Assembly: GCA_003560545.1 (NCBI GenBank)
Contig: PWLK01000081.1
Span: 1-32,135, forward strand
Reading direction: 5' to 3'
From: Candidatus Woesearchaeota archaeon
Lineage (GTDB): Archaea > Nanobdellota > Nanobdellia > Woesearchaeales > 21-14-0-10-32-9
Length of the DNA stretch: 32,135 nucleotides
The position numbers and the translations under genes are program-made. Below the pieces are notes generated by a model, which was given only the letters and a program-made list of their open reading frames with translations, ran no database searches and was not told the origin of the DNA. Below are positions 26,404-32,135 of the stretch, piece by piece (the stretch's first letter is position 1; each line of letters starts with the position of its first letter).

Positions 26404-28209
26404 TTAAAACTTGCTTTTGAGCTTAATCTTAGGATAAATGCCCAGGGATTTGAACTCATCAAGCAACAATTTGAATGCATAACTAACTTCTATGTCACTC
26501 ATCTCGGAGTCCTCCCCGTAAACAGGGGACATTGGCTTGTTGTTCTTCCTCGCATCATAATACCCTACTAATCCTGATTTCTCGCATACAGGGACAACGA
26601 CTTGGTCGGAGTCAAACCTTTCCTTCAGTGTAAGTGATGCCCCGTGGGCTACAAAGGTATCCTTCTCCATTTCTCCAAGCCTTAAACCGCCTTCCTTAGC
26701 CCTACCCTCAGTGGGCTGCCTTGTTAATAGCTGTATAGGACCTCTGGCCCTGCTATGCAATTTGTTAGCAACCATGTGTTTCAATTTCAAGTAGTACATG
26801 TTGCCTACAAAAATCCTGACATCGTATTTCTCGCCTGTAATACCATTATACATTGTTTCAGAGCCATCATCCCTGAAACCCATTTCTAATAAGTCCTTCC
26901 TAATATCTGATTCTTCCTCGGATTCGAACATGGTAGCATCAATATATCTTCCTGTAAGGCTCCCGGTTTTCCCTGCTAATAACTCCATCATATGGGAAAC
27001 AGTCATCCTAGTAGGAATACCATGAGGGTTGAACAATATGTCTGGCTTCAAACCTGTCGAGGTAAACGGGACATCTTCTTCTGGGACGACGAGGCTTATA
27101 ACTCCTTTCTGACCGTGCCTGGAAGTGAACTTATCACCTATCTCAGGAATCCTTTGCTCTCTAAGCCTTACCTGTACGAGCTTGTTTCCCTCTTCGTTTT
27201 CAGTTAAGGTAACAAAATCAACGATTCCTTTCTCGCCGTGTTTCAAAGCCATGCTGGACTCCCTTCTTGAGTCAGAAGCCAAGCTGTACTCATCCATGCT
27301 GCTCAAAAACCTTGGCGGGCTTACCTTGCCAATCACAACATCTCCTTCTTTTACACCTGCTTCAGGGTATATAATACCGTCTTCTTCAAGGAACCTGTAC
27401 TCATGCTCAGACCTATAACCCCTGACTTCCTTGTCAGGCATTGTAACTTCATCCATCAACCCACCTGAATACCTTAACTCTTCTGAAACAACAGGCCTGA
27501 AATAAGTAGACCTGCCAAGGCCTCGGTCAACACTGCCTTTGTTTATAATTATAGCGTCGTCCATGTTATAACCCTTGTAAGTCAGGACTGCAACAATCAC
27601 GTTTTGTCCAGAAGGGTGCTTGTCATAATCAGACACGGAATGAGCAACACTTTGCACGATAGGATAATGAGGGTAATGCAGTACGCTAACATCCATATCC
27701 ATCCTTACAAGGAAGTTAGCAGCGTAAAACCCAACGGCTTGCTTCTGGTTCTTCGCACCCTGATTCAAGCGTACACCTTGGTTGTAATTCCCGAAAGGAA
27801 CCATCGTGGTAATAAGCCCTAATAAGTCAAGGCTGCTTATCTCCATGTGCGTGTGATCAGAAGTTACATCTTCCTCGGTAAAAGCAACTAAGGCATTCTC
27901 TTCTTCTGTAGCATCAAGGTACTCTATTACGCCTTGCTTTAACAAGTCAGACCAGGAAATCTCTTTCTTTTCAAGCTGCTGGATGTGTTTCTCTGTAAGC
28001 AAAGGCTTTCCTTCCTTGACCACTATTAAAGGCCTTGTAGATCTTCCCCTGCTTGTTTCAATCAAAACTTTTTCTTCTTCCTGTGAATAAGCGATGTTAA
28101 CAGAATCTGAAACTCTGCCCATCCTTCTTTCTGATACTACTTGATCCACGAAATCTTTTGCGTTCTTAACAGTTCCAATGTACTTGTTATCCATGAATAC
28201 GTCAGTCAT
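26404..28209 (-). CDS. rpoB1: RNA polymerase subunit B' (Rpo2C)
   Basis: GDKFTSRHGQKG, NPHGIPTRM, GGLRLGEME. Confidence 0.98.
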   Translation of the reverse strand: MTDVFMDNKYIGTVKNAKDFVDQVVSERRMGRVSDSVNIAYSQEEEKVLIETSRGRSTRPLIVVKEGKPLLTEKHIQQLEKKEISWSDLLKQGVIEYLDATEEENALVAFTEEDVTSDHTHMEISSLDLLGLITTMVPFGNYNQGVRLNQGAKNQKQAVGFYAANFLVRMDMDVSVLHYPHYPIVQSVAHSVSDYDKHPSGQNVIVAVLTYKGYNMDDAIIINKGSVDRGLGRSTYFRPVVSEELRYSGGLMDEVTMPDKEVRGYRSEHEYRFLEEDGIIYPEAGVKEGDVVIGKVSPPRFLSSMDEYSLASDSRRESSMALKHGEKGIVDFVTLTENEEGNKLVQVRLREQRIPEIGDKFTSRHGQKGVISLVVPEEDVPFTSTGLKPDILFNPHGIPTRMTVSHMMELLAGKTGSLTGRYIDATMFESEEESDIRKDLLEMGFRDDGSETMYNGITGEKYDVRIFVGNMYYLKLKHMVANKLHSRARGPIQLLTRQPTEGRAKEGGLRLGEMEKDTFVAHGASLTLKERFDSDQVVVPVCEKSGLVGYYDARKNNKPMSPVYGEDSEMSDIEVSYAFKLLLDEFKSLGIYPKIKLKSKF

Positions 28210-29720
28210 TTTGCCATCACCGGTTCAAAACCAAAACCTTTCAGTTTTCCGATTAATTCTTCTTCATCAACACCTCTTGTTACTTTTGCAAGCAACGCAA
28301 GGTTCTTCCTTAATCCTATATTAGTACCTTCAGGGGTTTCGCTCATGCACAAGCGACCCATATGCGTAGGGTGCAACGCCCTGGCTTCAAAGTTTTCCTG
28401 GCTTGCACTCAACGGGCTTATAACCCTTTGAAGCGCTGAAAGCATCTGAATGTAGTTAAGCCTTTCAATCCTCTGGCTTATACCTTTCCTGTTCCCACTC
28501 CAATTCCCCGTAGCCATGCTGCTGTAAATCCTCTGTGTTAAGAGCTTCTCCCTGATAATAACTTTGATGCTTGGGAACTTCCCTCTCTTCACAATTCTCT
28601 GGAAGTTATACAGCAAGTCCCCTATTAGTACCTTGATGTTAACCCTGAACAAGTCAGCCAACAAGTCCCCAGCCATTTTAAGCCTCTTGTTTGAATAATG
28701 ATCTTTATCTGCCACCGGAAGCTCTTTATTGGAAACCTTAATGTAGTCTTTCAGGTACTTGCAAAGATTAAGGGCTTTAGCGTGCCTTGCCTCGCTTGTA
28801 ATACCAATGTGAGGGAGCAAGTACTTGTCAAGTATTTCCTTAAGCCTTTCAATGCGTATCTCCTTTGACTGAGTTATTCCTATCTTCTTCGCAATATAAT
28901 CCAGAGCATCTTCCTCTGTCTTAATATCAACGAACTCGTAGAGATTGATAAATATTTCAGAGCTGTTAGGAAGGTCAACAATCCTCATAATATCCTCATC
29001 CTTAGTAACCCCTAATGCTTTTATGATAACAACCAAAGGAATCCTTTTAACCCTTGTAAAAGTCAGGTAGAAAATCTCATCCCTTAATTTCTCCATTTGG
29101 TGAGGGATCTTATAAGAACCTTGCTCTGAGAAAATCTTTCCGAGGTAATCACTGATACCCGTAGCCTGTGCCTCAACCAAGAACTTGTTTGGAGCCAGGT
29201 CTTCAACGGAGACAACCACTTTCTCGGTGCCATTAATAATAAAATACCCTCCTGGATCATCCGGGTCCTCCCCTGCCTTGATAAGATCCTCCCTACCCAT
29301 CTTGCTCAAATGGCAATACTTGCTCTTAAGCATGATAGGGATGCTGCCAATCTGGGTTGTAAAAGTTTCTTTTTGCATGCCATTCACATGTGCTGAAACT
29401 TCGAGGTACATAGGAGCAGAATAAGAAAGCTTTCTAAGCCTTGCCTCAGAGGGAAGCAAGTCCCTTTTAGAACCGTCAGCTTCGATAATTTCAGGCTTGG
29501 ACACACTGATCTTATCCAGGCGAATCTTGAACTCTTCAACATTCGTAGGAATAATAGTGGGTTCTATCTCTTTGTTTTCGTTTATAATTTTCTGCAATTC
29601 TTCTTCTACGAACTTGTTGAACGCATCAATATCTGACTGCACCAACGAATTCTCTTCAAAGTATTTCTTCAGCAAAAGCTTTGAAGTAGTCATATTAAGG
29701 TTTATAGGCTGATTACTCAT
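28206..29720 (-). CDS. rpoB2: RNA polymerase subunit B'' (Rpo2N)
   Basis: GGYFIINGTEKV, DKDHYSNKRL, ETPEG. Likely start is ATG 29720, overlapping the rpoH stop. Confidence 0.97.
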   Translation of the reverse strand: MSNQPINLNMTTSKLLLKKYFEENSLVQSDIDAFNKFVEEELQKIINENKEIEPTIIPTNVEEFKIRLDKISVSKPEIIEADGSKRDLLPSEARLRKLSYSAPMYLEVSAHVNGMQKETFTTQIGSIPIMLKSKYCHLSKMGREDLIKAGEDPDDPGGYFIINGTEKVVVSVEDLAPNKFLVEAQATGISDYLGKIFSEQGSYKIPHQMEKLRDEIFYLTFTRVKRIPLVVIIKALGVTKDEDIMRIVDLPNSSEIFINLYEFVDIKTEEDALDYIAKKIGITQSKEIRIERLKEILDKYLLPHIGITSEARHAKALNLCKYLKDYIKVSNKELPVADKDHYSNKRLKMAGDLLADLFRVNIKVLIGDLLYNFQRIVKRGKFPSIKVIIREKLLTQRIYSSMATGNWSGNRKGISQRIERLNYIQMLSALQRVISPLSASQENFEARALHPTHMGRLCMSETPEGTNIGLRKNLALLAKVTRGVDEEELIGKLKGFGFEPVMAK

Positions 29721-30042
29721 TAATAACACCCCTGTAAAACACAGATTCACCCGCGGTAGGGCTCTTTCTTTTTATCATAATAATATCATTCTCCCTAGCA
29801 TCCAAATGCCTTATAGCGGGATCAGATATGAAAATCTTAGGAAGCTCCTTAGGAGTCACGCTGTACCTCTTATACAACTCCTCCTTTTCCTTATCTGAAA
29901 GCTTTATATGCTCTGGTACGAGATCGTGCTCGACTTTAGAAGTATCCTTTACACGTGCTTTCTTCTTCTTTGCAGCTTTCTTGACAGCTTTTTTAGAAGC
30001 GACAGATTTTTTCTTTCCCTGGGTTTCTTTTTTCTTAGCCAT
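29713..30042 (-). CDS. rpoH: RNA polymerase subunit H (Rpo5) with a Lys-rich N-terminal extension
   Basis: HDLVPEH, LPKIFISDPAI, RKSPTAG. GGAGG RBS before ATG 30042. Confidence 0.95.
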   Translation of the reverse strand: MAKKKETQGKKKSVASKKAVKKAAKKKKARVKDTSKVEHDLVPEHIKLSDKEKEELYKRYSVTPKELPKIFISDPAIRHLDARENDIIMIKRKSPTAGESVFYRGVINE

Positions 30043-30076
30043 TAAATACCCCTCCATTGGAAGTAAATTATCGTGA

Positions 30077-30150
30077 TGGGTCGGACGAGATTTGAACTCG
30101 CGACCACCTGGTTAAAAGCCAGATGCTCTACCGGACTGAGCTACCGACCC
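30077..30150 (-). tRNA. tRNA-Lys(UUU)
   Basis: GGGTCGG TAGCTCAGTCCGGTAGAGC A TCTGG CTTTTAA CCAGG TGGTC GCGAG TTCAAAT CTCGT CCGACCC A folds as a cloverleaf; CCA not encoded. Confidence 0.96.
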
Positions 30151-30193
30151 AAGTTCTTGTGGAAGCCGTCCAGGCCGGCAAAACAGGTTGATA

Positions 30194-30268
30194 CGCCCTG
30201 GCCGGGATTTGAACCCGGGTCGAAGCCTCGACAGGGCTTCATGATAGGCCAGACTACACTACCAAGGC
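30194..30268 (-). tRNA. tRNA-Asp(GUC)
   Basis: GCCTTGG...AAGCC CTGTCGA GGCTT CGAC CCGGG TTCAAAT CCCGG CCAGGGC G folds as a cloverleaf; CCA not encoded. Confidence 0.96.
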
Positions 30269-30445
30269 ATCACAAATGGAAATATGACTGGTTTTTCCTG
30301 GTCGAACTCTGAAGAAAAACTTTTGCATTCCCATTTTACTGTTATAACCCAAAGTGCACGGCACTGAACCTTCCACGAAGTTTTGGTGAAACTCAGTTGA
30401 TTTATAAACCTTGCGGTAACGATTTCCTCCATGAAATAAAAAGAA

Positions 30446-30601
30446 TCCCTCGGGGGAGACTTTCAGCCAACACCACTTGCATGGAACCTGGATTTGAACT
30501 CCCAACCTCTCGGTCTCAGCTGACCTTGTTTCATTCATACCCTGAAGGGCTAGTCGCAAGGATTTCTACAGCCGAGCGCTCTACCGTTGAGCTACCGAGG
30601 G
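30446..30601 (-). tRNA. tRNA-Tyr(GUA) with two introns (30515-30565 at 37/38; 30460-30492 at 59/60)
   Basis: Removing both inserts gives a 72-nt cloverleaf: acceptor CCCTCGG/CCGAGGG with A discriminator (C1-G72), anticodon arm CTCGG CTGTAGA CCGAG, T arm GGGAG TTCAAAT CTCCC. Confidence 0.9.
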
Positions 30602-30630
30602 AAACCTATTCAGAACAGGATAAATAATTG

Positions 30631-30640
30631 TTTTATAAAA
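30631..30640 (-). promoter_or_regulatory. TATA box of tRNA-Tyr
   Basis: TTTTATAAAA about 30 nt upstream of the mature tRNA 5' end. Confidence 0.55.
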
Positions 30641-30664
30641 GTTTCCATAGAAAAAAAAAGAGTT

Positions 30665-32119
30665 TTATTCGTTTACGAATAACGGCTTAGCAGAGAACAC
30701 CATGCGCTCTTTTCCGTTCTTATTTTCAAATTTAGCTCTTGCTTTGGGAAGGGTAAGGTTTCCTATAATCTTAAGCTTTGCTTTCGCCCTATAAGTAAGA
30801 ATCCTTTCTTCTAAAGAGTCAAGCGAGTCAAGGTTCCAGTACAAGAGAGTTCCTTTCCTAGTGGTTTTTGTAACCTTCGTAGGCTTCAAAGATCCAAGGT
30901 GGTGGGAGTCTGAAATATCAATAATGCCGGGAAGCTTATCGTTAACAGACAACCCATGGATTTGCTTGCCAGACCTGTTCTTTACAAAAATCTTTATTTT
31001 CAACTCTGAAACGCCGTGCTCGTCCTTGCCAAGGACGCTTGCTTCTTTCATTATAACAATAGGGCTCCTGAACAAGTAATACGCTACTACAAGTATTATG
31101 ACCAAAGCTATGATTATTACCAGGACCCTATAATTAGTCTTAACAAGTATGTCAAATTCTTCTGCGGGCTCAAGGGAAGGAGCCCATTGGTAATGCGCTC
31201 TTCCATCAATTCTTACAACTTCCGCTTCAGGAGTTGTACTGGTAAAAATCCTTTTATACCAAGGCGCAGGAATATCTATCTCTGTAATCCTTTCGAAGTT
31301 TCCTTTGTTTGTTACAGTTATTTCATCTTTTGTAAGGAACCAATTGGTCTTGGACTCGTAATCGGTGTCGGTATCGACAATCCTGTCAATTGTCAGGCGG
31401 GGGAAGTTCTCTGTTATAACTCGTTCGGTTATAGGATAATAAGCATTCACCCTGATAGTGTATTCACCTGGTGCCTGGTGAGGATTAAGATCGAACTGCA
31501 TGTACACAGTTTTTTCCTGTGTAGGCCCCAGGGAGACTTCCATTTGCTGTTCTTCGAATAGCTGGCTTGAAGCTGTAATGTAGAGTTCTGAGATGTTAAG
31601 CTGGTTCCTGTTCCTTAACTGTACTGGTAAGCTTAAAGGCTCTCGCGGGTCGTGAGCTTCGGGCAGGCTTACATCCATTGCCACACTAGGCACGAATCCG
31701 GCTGGAGCGCCATCAGCTGTTATACTGATGGGGACTCTTATTGTTTCCATTGAGCCATCCTGCCTGCTCTGAATCCTTATGTTCACAGAGTAAGAACCAA
31801 AGGAAACCCCTGACCTAGGGATTATTGTAAGAATAAAGCTTTCTTCTGAGTTCGCAGGAATTGTAACCCTTGTTGGAGTGGTGGTTATAATCCAGTTAAT
31901 GGAATCAGGCGTTGAAAGGCGTATATCCATGGACTGGTCGTAATCCTCGAAGTTCTCAATTGTTACTTCGTACTCCGTGAACCCTCCAGGCATTGTCCTG
32001 GATGTTATGGTTTCTACGCTGGCAGAGAAAGAAGCTGCTGCGCTGCCAACAAACAATAACACTGCTAGTGATGATATGACGAACAAAGAAAGCAGTTTAG
32101 CCTTGTTTTTTCCTGTCAT
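30665..32119 (-). CDS. Secreted/membrane-anchored protein with Ig-like repeats (COG1470-like)
   Basis: Signal peptide ending AAA|S, repeated beta-rich modules (GSYSVNIRI, GEYTIRV), one TM helix and a basic C-terminal domain. Confidence 0.7.
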   Translation of the reverse strand: MTGKNKAKLLSLFVISSLAVLLFVGSAAASFSASVETITSRTMPGGFTEYEVTIENFEDYDQSMDIRLSTPDSINWIITTTPTRVTIPANSEESFILTIIPRSGVSFGSYSVNIRIQSRQDGSMETIRVPISITADGAPAGFVPSVAMDVSLPEAHDPREPLSLPVQLRNRNQLNISELYITASSQLFEEQQMEVSLGPTQEKTVYMQFDLNPHQAPGEYTIRVNAYYPITERVITENFPRLTIDRIVDTDTDYESKTNWFLTKDEITVTNKGNFERITEIDIPAPWYKRIFTSTTPEAEVVRIDGRAHYQWAPSLEPAEEFDILVKTNYRVLVIIIALVIILVVAYYLFRSPIVIMKEASVLGKDEHGVSELKIKIFVKNRSGKQIHGLSVNDKLPGIIDISDSHHLGSLKPTKVTKTTRKGTLLYWNLDSLDSLEERILTYRAKAKLKIIGNLTLPKARAKFENKNGKERMVFSAKPLFVNE

Positions 32120-32135
32120 TAATGTTACCCTCCAA

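Noticed and set aside
30280..30315. Possible box C/D sRNA on the + strand (ATGACTG...CTGA)
   Set aside because: The box C match is poor, there are no internal boxes and no terminal stem.
30073..30627. ORFs 30073-30312, 30254-30559 and 30397-30627
   Set aside because: They overlap the three tRNA genes and are spurious translations.
1..32135. CRISPR array, transposase, integrase or rRNA
   Set aside because: No regularly spaced repeats, recognisable mobile-element proteins, tRNA-end duplications or rRNA-like sequence were seen.

Overview
Archaeal genomic DNA, most likely from a DPANN archaeon of the Woesearchaeota type. This is inferred from split rpoA and rpoB, archaeal ribosomal proteins, class III signal-peptide proteins, a bacterial-type Lgt and fragmented conserved operons. 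The right two-thirds is mostly informational core: rpoH-B''-B'-A'-A''-L30e-nusA-S12, ftsZ-secE-spt5-L11-L21e-rpoF-DUF655, S19e-L39e-L31e, L15e, an FKBP PPIase, an m5C methyltransferase and three tRNAs. The left third is cell-surface oriented: a membrane-anchored stalked alpha/beta hydrolase, four pilin-like proteins bracketing a MoxR/ChlI-type AAA+ ATPase and vWA pair, and lgt-trxA-tpiA. Notable points are: a tRNA-Tyr with two introns (37/38 and 59/60); loss of Cys ligands at two RNA polymerase clamp zinc sites; a stand-alone HPF/RaiA-like protein among ribosomal protein genes; Lgt in an archaeon; a likely ATA-initiated membrane protein inserted between spt5 and rpl11; and kb-scale flips of A/C versus G/T strand bias that do not follow gene orientation. 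All calls come from reading the sequence and motifs by eye; no searches were run.
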